A DNA stretch of 64,000 nucleotides from assembly GCA_038874115.1 (NCBI GenBank), contig JAVZDC010000001.1:266871-330870 (forward strand), written 5' to 3'. A program made the position numbers and the translations under genes. Within the stretch, counting starts at the first letter, position 1; every line of letters begins with the position of its first letter. Of the stretch, positions 49,349 to 57,992 are shown in pieces. The stretch comes from an archaeon (lineage in GTDB: Archaea; B1Sed10-29; JAVZDC01). The notes below the pieces were generated by a model that was not told the DNA's origin, did no database searches, and saw nothing but the letters and a program-made list of their open reading frames with translations.

Positions 49349-50494
49349 TTATTTTCGGAAAACTATAACTTTTTTTAATTTTTTATAATGGCTTGGCTTA
49401 GGCACAAATTTCCATATATCTTTTACATTGCAAAACTTTCTTTTTGTAAAAGAGTATAATCTTTGTCCCTCAATCCAACAATTTTTATGCTTTTCTATAA
49501 ACCTGCTAGAATTTTCGTAATCGAAATAGGGTGGGCCCATGCTTTTTTTATATTTTGAAAGGACTGGAGAAGAAACATACAAGGCAATATTTGCGTCTTT
49601 ATCTATCCAATAGTCACTTCTTTCGACCGTAAACCCTTCTTCCTCTAAGACTCTTCTGATGTTGTTACGTAAAGCCGCTAACTGAGACCAAGCTGTTTCT
49701 TCTATGACTTTTGGAACAGGAAATTTAAACAAAACATTGTACCATTTTCTTTTCTCTTTTTTTATTGTAAAGAAGTTAATGCTTGGGTTTCTCAAAAATT
49801 CTCTTGCACGAATTATTGCAAGACCAAGTTTTTCTTGGGAAAGGGCTGCAGCAACATTTCTTTTTGGATCTACGGGGTCTTGAATTTTCAAATGAGTTTT
49901 TAAATTGGCTAGTTCTTCCAAAACCTGCATAAAACTTCCATAAGTTACCACTAAAAGCTCACACAGATATCCGGAAAACCCTTTAACTTTTTCTTCCGCT
50001 CCATATGATCCACATGAAATCAAAAACTGTTTTAATAAAAGAACATCATCTTCTTTTCCCTTTATCTTCTCGAGTAAAAATTGATGGTGAAGCGGGCTCC
50101 TATCTACGGCTGTTTGAATTTCTTGTCCAAACATTATTTTTCTCGCAGGAACTATTTCAACATCAAATCCTTTATATTTCATTCTCACGTATGGGTGCTC
50201 AGCATAATGTATTTTAACTTTTTTCTTTCCAAACAATCTCTGAGAAACTTCCAAAATAACTTCTAAATCTTCTTTTTCAGGTACAAAAACAAATACGTCT
50301 AGATCTATAGAACCCTTTAAGCAAGTTCTTCTTGGAAAAGACCCAACTAAGACCGCCTCGTACCCTAAATCTTTAATTTTACCAATGATCTCTTCAGCTA
50401 TTTTTTCTCCTTTGGCAAAATCTTGTTTTGAAGGCTTTATCTTTGAAAGAACTTTTTCAAAAATCTCATTTAACTTTTCTGACATAACCTTCAT
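49349..50494 (-). CDS. cca: CCA-adding tRNA nucleotidyltransferase (archaeal class I).
   Basis: VGSFPRRTCLKGSIDLDVFVF (nucleotidyltransferase GS...D.D motif). Confidence 0.78.
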   Translation of the reverse strand: MKVMSEKLNEIFEKVLSKIKPSKQDFAKGEKIAEEIIGKIKDLGYEAVLVGSFPRRTCLKGSIDLDVFVFVPEKEDLEVILEVSQRLFGKKKVKIHYAEHPYVRMKYKGFDVEIVPARKIMFGQEIQTAVDRSPLHHQFLLEKIKGKEDDVLLLKQFLISCGSYGAEEKVKGFSGYLCELLVVTYGSFMQVLEELANLKTHLKIQDPVDPKRNVAAALSQEKLGLAIIRAREFLRNPSINFFTIKKEKRKWYNVLFKFPVPKVIEETAWSQLAALRNNIRRVLEEEGFTVERSDYWIDKDANIALYVSSPVLSKYKKSMGPPYFDYENSSRFIEKHKNCWIEGQRLYSFTKRKFCNVKDIWKFVPKPSHYKKLKKVIVFRK

Positions 50495-51842
50495 CCATCA
50501 AAGTTTTAAGCGCGCAACATACGAATTCTTTAGAGTACCTAAGGTTTAAGCATAAGTCTTTAACTTTTATCTCTGGATGCTGTTTTATAAACAAATATAT
50601 TTCTTTTAAAATAACATCTTCGGGCTCCCTTAAGCATTCATAAGTTCCATCGAATTCTTCTTTCAAAAGAATTGCTGGTCTTTTCAAAAATTCTAAAAGA
50701 GTTTTGGATTTTAAAATTAATACTAGAAAACCAAAGCTTATAAACAAAAGAGAGAGGGCTAGGAAGATAAGATATAAGGGGGAAGGGGCTCCATAATTTT
50801 CTAAAAAACTCGTTTTAAGGTATAGGTCCAAAGCTGAACCATTGTAAACCATTGGGCTTAAAAATGGCTCTTCAAAAGATTTCGAATATTTTGGAGGTAA
50901 AACTTTACCTTCGTATGGATCTAACCCAATCCATCTATCTTCTTTATAATATTCCACCCAAGCATACATCTTTTCCGCTTTATTAAAAACTAATCTGCAA
51001 GAAAGACCAGACAAATAGCAAAGTTTTTTGAAATATACTGATGCGCTCAGACTATCAAGAGGGCTTGATGCATCGTGAAATGACGTAAACTCCCCTTGGC
51101 TTCTTGGATATGCTTGTAAAAATTCCATCATATTGACGAGCAAAGCTTGGTTGGAATAGTTTGGAGAGAAAGATAATTTTGGTGGTTTGAAAAAAGTATT
51201 TGTAGAGTACCAGGAAAATTGGGCAGTCTCGTTTGATTTTATATACAAAGGAACGAAAAAAATAGAAATACTAAATTTTTCTCCCTCGGAAAGATTGCTT
51301 GAAATAAACAAATCATAAGTTGAATATTTCGTTTCAAAACCAGTTTTAATTTTTATCGGAGTAGAAAAAACAATACCCAACGCCTCCCCATTTTCTTTAA
51401 AGAGAATTACATATTTAGAAGTTTTATTAATTATCTCTGGAGTAAATATTTGAAAACTTTCCGTTGATGAAAAAGTCCATTTAAGGCCAACTTTGCCTGT
51501 TTTTTTAGCAGTTAAATCAAAATCTAGACGAACATCGCGGTCATTAAAAGTTATTTTTTCGCTTAAAGAATAATCCAGCCTTTCTATATACCCTTCATAA
51601 ACAGATGCTCCCGAGGATAAACCAGTATGGCTTGGTGCTATTATTCGTGTTTCATTTTCAAAAGAGACAGCTGGGAGAATTTGAAAAGAAAAACCATTTA
51701 CTGCCACTGGCAAATAAAAGTTATCTATTTTTGCGAAATAAGTTTCTCCTTTTACAAGATGCCCGGCATCGTAAGGTCCGAGATATTGAATGGCATTTGA
51801 GAAATTCAAGATGAACATTAGAAATAAAAGTTTTTTGATCAT
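50466..51842 (-). CDS. Membrane-anchored protein with an extracytoplasmic transglutaminase-like core and a cytoplasmic C-terminal winged-helix domain.
   Basis: Signal/TM at the N-terminus. Cys...AW...D arrangement (LCYLSGLSCRLVF...MYAWVEYYKEDRWIGLDPYEG). A TM helix near residue 360 and C-terminal KEIYLFIKQHPEIKVKDLCLNLRYSKEFVCCALKTLMDEGYV. Confidence 0.5.
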   Translation of the reverse strand: MIKKLLFLMFILNFSNAIQYLGPYDAGHLVKGETYFAKIDNFYLPVAVNGFSFQILPAVSFENETRIIAPSHTGLSSGASVYEGYIERLDYSLSEKITFNDRDVRLDFDLTAKKTGKVGLKWTFSSTESFQIFTPEIINKTSKYVILFKENGEALGIVFSTPIKIKTGFETKYSTYDLFISSNLSEGEKFSISIFFVPLYIKSNETAQFSWYSTNTFFKPPKLSFSPNYSNQALLVNMMEFLQAYPRSQGEFTSFHDASSPLDSLSASVYFKKLCYLSGLSCRLVFNKAEKMYAWVEYYKEDRWIGLDPYEGKVLPPKYSKSFEEPFLSPMVYNGSALDLYLKTSFLENYGAPSPLYLIFLALSLLFISFGFLVLILKSKTLLEFLKRPAILLKEEFDGTYECLREPEDVILKEIYLFIKQHPEIKVKDLCLNLRYSKEFVCCALKTLMDEGYVRKVK

Positions 51843-51879
51843 ACGTTTTTATATAAATAATTTGTTTATAATTTTTTCA

Positions 51880-52392
51880 TTAAATCAAAGAAAAACGCTT
51901 CAGCTCTGTGTATTGTGGGCCTTTCGGAGAAAGTTTGCTTTCAAAAACAGAAAAATATTGAAAATCTAGTTCTCTTTTGTACTGTTTTGAAAAGAACGCT
52001 GAAAGATCTATTTTTCTTTTTATCCTGGCCAAAGTCAAATGTGGAACATAACTTTCTTTTGAAAAACCCAGTCGATGAAGTTCTTCTGATAAAAGTTTTT
52101 CTAAAGCGATCAAAGAAGGACTTTTAACAGAAATATAAAGCACTCTTATGAAATTTTTATTCGGGAAAGCATCAAATCCGTCTAAACTAACATGTACGGT
52201 CCCAAATCCTTTCAAAGTTTCCAAAACCGTAAAAACTTCTTGAAGTTTTTTTTCATCAATCTCTCCTAAAAATTTAAGACAAATATGCAAATTTTGAGGT
52301 TCGACTGGTTTAATTCCAGCAATATTTAAATCTTTTAAAAAACTTAAAATCTCAGAATCCGGTTCTATTTTAAACCCGATAAAAACTCGCAT
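51880..52392 (-). CDS. 2H phosphoesterase (LigT/ThpR RNA 2',3'-cyclic phosphodiesterase family).
   Basis: Two H-x-T/S-x motifs (LHICL, PHLTLARI) at a spacing typical of LigT. Confidence 0.72.
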   Translation of the reverse strand: MRVFIGFKIEPDSEILSFLKDLNIAGIKPVEPQNLHICLKFLGEIDEKKLQEVFTVLETLKGFGTVHVSLDGFDAFPNKNFIRVLYISVKSPSLIALEKLLSEELHRLGFSKESYVPHLTLARIKRKIDLSAFFSKQYKRELDFQYFSVFESKLSPKGPQYTELKRFSLI

Positions 52393-52452
52393 GTTTAAAT
52401 ATGAAAAGCTTTTAAATATTTTTTACTTTAAATTTAATTTGAAGGTGAAAAA

Positions 52453-52983
52453 ATGCGCGAGATCAGAGTTAAAGACATTATGAAAAAGGTTGTTTTAAGC
52501 GTTTCTGAAGACAACACGATTGAAGATTTGGCTAAAGTTATGAAGAAAACCGGCATTGGTGGAGTGCTCGTTTTGGACCATGGAAAAATAAAAGGAATAA
52601 TTACAAAAGGAGACGTTATGAGAAAAGTTTTGGCTGTTGGAAAAGATTACAAAAAAACAAAAGTAAAAGAAGCTATGAGTTCTCCAGTGCATACTATAGA
52701 TATTAATGAGAGTGCGGAAAACGCGATGAAAATGATGCGCAGTTTGAATATAGAAAGATTGCCCGTCTTAAAAGACGATAAATTAGTCGGGATAATAACT
52801 GAAAGGGACATAATTGCTATTGCTCCTTCCTTAATCGAATTAGCTGAAGAAAAAAACATTTTGGAAATAATTCCCGCTGGGGAAAAAGAAATTACTTTGG
52901 CTGGAGAATGTGAAGAATGTGGAAACTATTCTGAATCCTTGAGATATATACGAGGTTTATGGTTATGCGAAAATTGCAGATAA
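52453..52983 (+). CDS. CBS-pair protein with a C-terminal zinc ribbon.
   Basis: Two CBS domains, then CEECGN...CENC. Confidence 0.78.
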   Translation: MREIRVKDIMKKVVLSVSEDNTIEDLAKVMKKTGIGGVLVLDHGKIKGIITKGDVMRKVLAVGKDYKKTKVKEAMSSPVHTIDINESAENAMKMMRSLNIERLPVLKDDKLVGIITERDIIAIAPSLIELAEEKNILEIIPAGEKEITLAGECEECGNYSESLRYIRGLWLCENCR

Positions 52984-53888
52984 AAGTACAACAGGGAAAA
53001 GATTGGAAAAAATTTTTTGATCGAGGGCCGAGAAATAGAAAACAAAAAAGATCTGAAAAGAAAGGAGGCACGATAAAAGATCTTTGCGAATATTCAGCAT
53101 ACGTTTTTCCAAACACTCCTATAAAAGAATTGCTTGGAATAATTGTTGAAAATGAGCTTAGGAGGGTGCCTGTTCTATCTCCTGGAACTAAAAAAATTGT
53201 TGGAGAAGTTAAAGGAAGCGATCTGTTGGAACTTTTCTTTTTTGGACCAAAGCACGAGATTTTTGAAAAAAATGGATTTGCTAAAACTTTAAACTTGCCA
53301 GTGAGAGTTATTTATTCTAAAAACCCGGAAAGCGTAGACGTAAAAGAATCGATAATTGAGCTATTGAAAAAGATGAGCGGCGGCAAAGGGATAATTTTTG
53401 TCACGGATAATGGAAAATTTATTGGCAGCATAAGTGAAAAAACTGTAATCGATTGGTTGAAAGAAAGCATCGTAGATGAAACGGTAGAAAATGTTATGAA
53501 TCCAAAAGTTATAACGATTCATCCCGGGTTTAAAGTTTCGGATGCTGCAAGAATGATGATCATTAACAAAATCAGAAGAATACCAGTTATAACTTATGAT
53601 ATTCCGAAATACTGGTGTATGCTTGCCGGAATAATAACTTACGCTGATATTTTGAAGGCTTTAATGCTATGTAAAAATGAAGGAGAATATTATGAATTAT
53701 GCAATAAAACCGTTGAAGAGATTATGACTAAAAATCCAGTAACTATAGAACCTAAAGAAAAAATTTCAAAAGCTATAAAAATTTTTGCAGAATCTGGTCA
53801 TGGTGCCTTACCGGTTTTCACTCATGATGTTTTACATGGAATATTAACTAGAAGGGATATATTAAAAAATATAAAGTTTGAGAAGTGA
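52959..53888 (+). CDS. CBS-domain protein (multiple CBS repeats).
   Basis: 309 aa with repeated CBS-like blocks. Confidence 0.7.
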   Translation: MVMRKLQIKVQQGKDWKKFFDRGPRNRKQKRSEKKGGTIKDLCEYSAYVFPNTPIKELLGIIVENELRRVPVLSPGTKKIVGEVKGSDLLELFFFGPKHEIFEKNGFAKTLNLPVRVIYSKNPESVDVKESIIELLKKMSGGKGIIFVTDNGKFIGSISEKTVIDWLKESIVDETVENVMNPKVITIHPGFKVSDAARMMIINKIRRIPVITYDIPKYWCMLAGIITYADILKALMLCKNEGEYYELCNKTVEEIMTKNPVTIEPKEKISKAIKIFAESGHGALPVFTHDVLHGILTRRDILKNIKFEK

Positions 53889-53894
53889 GGAAAT

Positions 53895-54710
53895 ATGAAA
53901 CTAGATAAATACATATCAAAAGAAGTTTGTGTTGTTCTTCCACAGGATACAGTAGCTCACGTTAGAAATCTTTTTTTGAAAAAAAAGATCTCTTGCGTAT
54001 TAGTATACGATAAAAAACCTATTGGAATAATAACTGAAAAAGAGCTTGCTGATGCTTTTGTTAAAGAAAGGAGAAGCATCGACCAAATACTTGCGAAAGA
54101 GATTACAAATAAAGATTTTTTAAAAATACATCCTGAAGCAAGCGTAGGGGAAATCGCGAAATTAATGATATCTAAAAAAGGCTCTCATGTTGTTTTGGTG
54201 AGGAATGACGATATTTACGGCATCATTACAAAAACCGATTTAGTTAGATATTTCGCTGAAAACTTAAAAGATAAAGTTTTTGTTGAAAATTTAATGACTG
54301 AAAAAGTTGAGACGATTACTGAAATGCACTCATTATTCCAAGCTGCTAAGAGAATGAGAGAAAAAGGAATAGAGAAGCTAGTTGTAGTGGATGGCAAAAA
54401 ACCAGTAGGAATAGTAAGCCAAAGAGATATTTCTTTAGCATCATTAGGTTTATATCCTTCAAAAGTTATACTGATAAGAAAAGCTGGAGATAAAATACAT
54501 CATCATGAAAAGATTATGCCTGCGATAGTTGCAGACATAATGAAAACAAATGTTGAAACAATAACTAAAGATGAAGATTGCGCCGAAGCTGCTAAAAAAA
54601 TGTTGGATAAACGAATTGGATCTTTAATAGTCGCCGATTCAAATGGATATTTACAAGGAATTATAACAAAAACAGACCTTGTTCGATGGATGGCTGAAAA
54701 TTGTAAATAG
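53895..54710 (+). CDS. CBS-domain protein (four CBS repeats).
   Basis: 271 aa with four CBS-like repeats (GIITEKEL, GIITKTDLV x2, GIVSQRDI). Confidence 0.78.
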   Translation: MKLDKYISKEVCVVLPQDTVAHVRNLFLKKKISCVLVYDKKPIGIITEKELADAFVKERRSIDQILAKEITNKDFLKIHPEASVGEIAKLMISKKGSHVVLVRNDDIYGIITKTDLVRYFAENLKDKVFVENLMTEKVETITEMHSLFQAAKRMREKGIEKLVVVDGKKPVGIVSQRDISLASLGLYPSKVILIRKAGDKIHHHEKIMPAIVADIMKTNVETITKDEDCAEAAKKMLDKRIGSLIVADSNGYLQGIITKTDLVRWMAENCK

Positions 54711-54782
54711 CCCTGGTAGTCTAGCGGTTTAGGATCCGGGCCTGTCACGCCCGGGACTCGGGTTCGAATCCCGACCAGGGCG
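54710..54782 (+). tRNA. tRNA-Asp (anticodon GUC).
   Basis: Acceptor GCCCTGG/CCAGGGC, anticodon stem CGGGC/GCCCG with loop CTGTCAC, T-arm GGGTTCGAATCCC. Its first base is the last base of the CBS gene stop codon. Confidence 0.9.
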
Positions 54783-54798
54783 TTTATGAGGTGAGAAG

Positions 54799-55275
54799 GT
54801 GGAAAATAAAATAATAATAGGTGTTGTTGCAATAATCGCGATCATTGGACTTGGAGTATTAATCGGTTCTCTTGGTGGAGGTTCTTTTGCAAAGACGGTA
54901 AACTTTAAGTGTCAAAAAGATGGGGATGAGCTTCCCTGTCAAGTGGAAATATCGCAGGATGAAATAGTTTTCAGTACAAAAGCCATAGACACAAAATTTA
55001 AAGTAAAAGAAGCTAATTTAAAAACCTGTGAACAATTTGGGGAAGCGATGTGGCATTGCACAGGAAAAACACCATGCGAAATAATTCAAGATTCTTCTCC
55101 TTACAAAATGAAGTGCCCAATCCAAAGTGGAAAATATGCTTTAGAATTATCGCTTGGGTACTCTAGGCCAGCGGCGCCAGACGAGACTGTTCCTTCAGAA
55201 TGTAAATACGGTTCGATAGGCGGCGATATGCTAAATTGTGAATTGGGTACTGTGGAAATATACTTTGAAAAATAA
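54799..55275 (+). CDS. Cys-containing membrane-anchored/secreted hypothetical protein.
   Basis: 158 aa with an N-terminal TM (IIIGVVAIIAIIGLGVLIG) and 8 Cys. Confidence 0.45.
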   Translation: MENKIIIGVVAIIAIIGLGVLIGSLGGGSFAKTVNFKCQKDGDELPCQVEISQDEIVFSTKAIDTKFKVKEANLKTCEQFGEAMWHCTGKTPCEIIQDSSPYKMKCPIQSGKYALELSLGYSRPAAPDETVPSECKYGSIGGDMLNCELGTVEIYFEK

Positions 55276-55315
55276 ATTTCAAAAGTTTTTTAAACCAGGA
55301 AAGCCAATATTATTT

Positions 55316-55373
55316 GGCGCATGGGTGAAAGGTCAAGATGTGGTGATTGACCTACAACAATGCGCCGATCAGA
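55316..55373. ncRNA. Candidate small structured RNA (GC-rich hairpin with an internal loop; possibly an H/ACA-like guide sRNA).
   Basis: Outer stem GGCGCAU(55316-22)/AUGCGCC(55360-66), inner stem GGUCAA/UUGACC with GAUG...UGA loop, 8/7-nt internal loop, AGA 3' of the stem. About 50% GC in a roughly 30% GC genome. Strand unknown. Confidence 0.3.
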
Positions 55374-55464
55374 GCTTCATCACGTAACATCATATTCATC
55401 CTGTAAAAAGTATGGTGAACTTGAATAATCGAGAATCAAAGATGAAGCTCTTTCTAACGCGATT

Positions 55465-55812
55465 ATGAAAACTTATGAAAAAATTATTGAAGATCTTGTA
55501 GAAAACAAAGATCTAAAAATAGTTGAAGGAAGAAAAGACAAAGAAGCTTTAGAAAAGCTTGGAGTATCTAAAATAAAAACATTGAAAGGCCCCATCTCAC
55601 AGTTCATCTCAAAAATAAATGAAAGGATAATAATCTTGGTGGACTGTGATGAAAAAGGAGAGAAAATAACTCAAGAAATAGTAAATCAATGCGAACAACA
55701 GGGATTAAAATACGATTTGGAATTTAGGAGAAAAATTTGTAAAGTTTTTGGTATAAAAAAGTTTGAAGAAATTTATAAAAAAATGGAAAAACTGGAGGGA
55801 GAATATGGGTAA
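55465..55812 (+). CDS. Small standalone Toprim-domain protein.
   Basis: 115 aa with IVEGRKDKEAL and ILVDCDEKGE (the Toprim E...DxD motifs). Confidence 0.6.
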   Translation: MKTYEKIIEDLVENKDLKIVEGRKDKEALEKLGVSKIKTLKGPISQFISKINERIIILVDCDEKGEKITQEIVNQCEQQGLKYDLEFRRKICKVFGIKKFEEIYKKMEKLEGEYG

Positions 55813-57061
55813 AACATATATTGACACAGTAAAATATTTGATAGTCGCTAATGTTGAAATAAAAGGAATCGTAGAAAAGCCAGACGTAGTTGGAGCAATA
55901 TTTGGTCAAACAGAAGGACTTCTTGGAGACGAATTAGACATTAGAGAACTACAAAGATCTGGTAAAATAGGGCGAATTGATGTTGACTTAAAAGTGATTG
56001 GTGGAAAAAGTATTGGTAAACTCATCATTCCTTGTTCTCTGGATAAGATTGAAACGGCAATAGTGGCTGCAACGGTCGAAACTGTAGATCGAATAGGGCC
56101 TTGCGAAGCAAGTATAAAAATAGAAAAAATCGAAGATACTCGAAATTCAAAAAGGATTCAAGTCATAAATAGAGCAAAGGATTTAATAAAACAACTCACT
56201 GCAGCAGTTCCGGAAAGAAAAGAAATTTCAGAACTTATAAGAGAAGAAGTTAAAACATCCGAACTTCAAGAGTATGGGCCTGAAAAATTGGCTTGTGGAC
56301 CAAATATCGATGACGCTGATCATTTGATAGTCGTAGAAGGAAGAGCAGATGTTATTAACCTGTTAAAATACGATATAAAAAATGTGATTGCTCTTCAAGG
56401 AAGTACTATTCCAAAAACAATAATAGAACTATCTAAAAGAAAAACCATAACCGTTTTTGTGGATGGAGATCGAGGAGGGGATCTAATAGTTAAGCAATTG
56501 ATGGAAGTTGCGGACATAGATTACGTAGCAAAAGCACCAGACGGGAAAGAGGTAGAAGAATTAACTCAAAAAGAAATACTGAAATGTTTGCGCAGGAAAG
56601 TGAGTATAGAAGAATTTAGTGAAAAAGTATTGAAAAATTCAACGAAATCAGAACAATCAAATTTTGAATATGAGCGTCCTTCTCAAATTGAAGAAAGACA
56701 AAAAAGTTGGACTCAAAAACCAGTAACTTCAAGCATAACCAGGAAGGAAAAACCACATCAAAAAGTTGAATTTAACGAGGAAGAGTCACAATTCTTGGAA
56801 GTTTTAAAAGCTTTGAGCGGAACTCTAACTGCTATTCTCCTTGATGAAAATCTAGAAGTAATTAAACAAGTTGAGGTCAAAGATTTAAGCGAAGCTTTGG
56901 AGGAGGAAACAAAATCTGTTTATGCTGTAGTATTTGACGGGATAATAACTCAAAGGTTGTTGGATATAGCGAAAGAAAAAGAAATTAAATATGTTGTTGG
57001 TATGAAAAAAGGAAAAATAGAAGATGAGGGAAATGTAATAATTTTAACTTTGCCTTCTTAA
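55805..57061 (+). CDS. dnaG: Archaeal DnaG-like primase (Toprim; exosome-associated DnaG).
   Basis: MGKTYIDTVKYLIVANVEIKG..., Toprim VVEGRADVINL and VFVDGDRGGDL. Confidence 0.85.
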   Translation: MGKTYIDTVKYLIVANVEIKGIVEKPDVVGAIFGQTEGLLGDELDIRELQRSGKIGRIDVDLKVIGGKSIGKLIIPCSLDKIETAIVAATVETVDRIGPCEASIKIEKIEDTRNSKRIQVINRAKDLIKQLTAAVPERKEISELIREEVKTSELQEYGPEKLACGPNIDDADHLIVVEGRADVINLLKYDIKNVIALQGSTIPKTIIELSKRKTITVFVDGDRGGDLIVKQLMEVADIDYVAKAPDGKEVEELTQKEILKCLRRKVSIEEFSEKVLKNSTKSEQSNFEYERPSQIEERQKSWTQKPVTSSITRKEKPHQKVEFNEEESQFLEVLKALSGTLTAILLDENLEVIKQVEVKDLSEALEEETKSVYAVVFDGIITQRLLDIAKEKEIKYVVGMKKGKIEDEGNVIILTLPS

Positions 57062-57457
57062 TCATTTTTTCTTTCTTTTACCGATAATTTCTTTTTCAGC
57101 TTGGGTCTTTTCTGAAGGTTTAAACTCTGCTCTTAAAAAACGTGAAGAATATATCCAAACGCCAAGAACAAAGACACCAAACCAAAACATAACTTTAGCC
57201 AAAGGGGGCAAAAGTAATCCAAGTTGAGCATTAGTATTTGAAGCTAAATCTAAATTAATCTGAAGTCCATTCACAGAAGCTAAAACTTGCGTCCGAGCGC
57301 CAAAATTAGCGTCTCTAATAATATTTGCAACTAAAAATAATTGGAAAAAAGATGCCAAAACCATTATAAAGCTTCCAAGTATTAAAAAAGATGCAAAAAG
57401 CTTTGCTAGATCAATATTTTTAAATCCTTCAGTTAAACAAAACATTATAATCACCAA
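57062..57457 (-). CDS. Membrane protein, hypothetical.
   Basis: 131 aa with 3 hydrophobic helices and a basic C-terminus. Confidence 0.4.
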   Translation of the reverse strand: MVIIMFCLTEGFKNIDLAKLFASFLILGSFIMVLASFFQLFLVANIIRDANFGARTQVLASVNGLQINLDLASNTNAQLGLLLPPLAKVMFWFGVFVLGVWIYSSRFLRAEFKPSEKTQAEKEIIGKRKKK

Positions 57458-57476
57458 TTAGTATAAAAAGGTAAAG

Positions 57477-57487
57477 ATATATAAAAG
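57477..57487 (+). promoter_or_regulatory. TATA-box-like element upstream of the tRNA-Val/tRNA-Gly pair.
   Basis: ATATATAAAAG lies about 25-35 nt upstream of the tRNA-Val 5' end. Confidence 0.4.
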
Positions 57488-57511
57488 TTTTTTGCTTGAA
57501 TATTAATTATA

Positions 57512-57584
57512 GGGTTCGTGGTCTAGTGGTTATGACGCGGCACTTACAATGCCGAGGTCGCAGGTTCGAATCCTGCCGAACCCA
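57512..57584 (+). tRNA. tRNA-Val (anticodon UAC).
   Basis: Acceptor GGGTTCG/CGAACCC, anticodon stem CGGCA/TGCCG with loop CTTACAA, T-arm CAGGTTCGAATCCTG. Confidence 0.9.
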
Positions 57585-57589
57585 TTTAA

Positions 57590-57660
57590 GCGCCGATAGT
57601 CTAGTGGTAGGACAGGGGCCCTCCAAGCCCCTGACCCGGGTTCGAATCCCGGTCGGCGCA
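57590..57660 (+). tRNA. tRNA-Gly (anticodon UCC).
   Basis: Acceptor GCGCCGA/TCGGCGC, discriminator A, anticodon stem GGGGC/GCCCC with loop CCTCCAA (note C at position 33), T-arm CCGGGTTCGAATCCCGG. 5 nt after tRNA-Val. Confidence 0.8.
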
Positions 57661-57674
57661 CTTAAGGTTTAAAA

Positions 57675-57992
57675 ATGAAGAAAAATATAAAAACAAAATG
57701 GATAAAAGAATTAGCCTTAAAAAGAATTGAAAAGCTTTTTAAGCTTGCAAAAGAAAATATAAAAGATAGGCCGGATAGAAGCAGAAGATATATTCAATTG
57801 GCCTGGGAAATATCCAAAAAATACAACACGAGAATCCCGTTCAAAAATACGTTTTGCAAAAAATGTTTTACATTAATAATCCCAGGAAAAACAAGCATGG
57901 TTCGCATAGAATCTAAGAAGAAGAAAATCATATATATCTGTTTAAATTGTGGACATAAAAAAACAAAAGTATATAAGAGGTTGAAAGAATGA
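57675..57992 (+). CDS. RNase P protein subunit Rpp21/Rpr2.
   Basis: ALKRIEKLFKLA...RYIQLAWEISKKY... and a CKKC...CLNCGH zinc ribbon. Confidence 0.85.
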   Translation: MKKNIKTKWIKELALKRIEKLFKLAKENIKDRPDRSRRYIQLAWEISKKYNTRIPFKNTFCKKCFTLIIPGKTSMVRIESKKKKIIYICLNCGHKKTKVYKRLKE

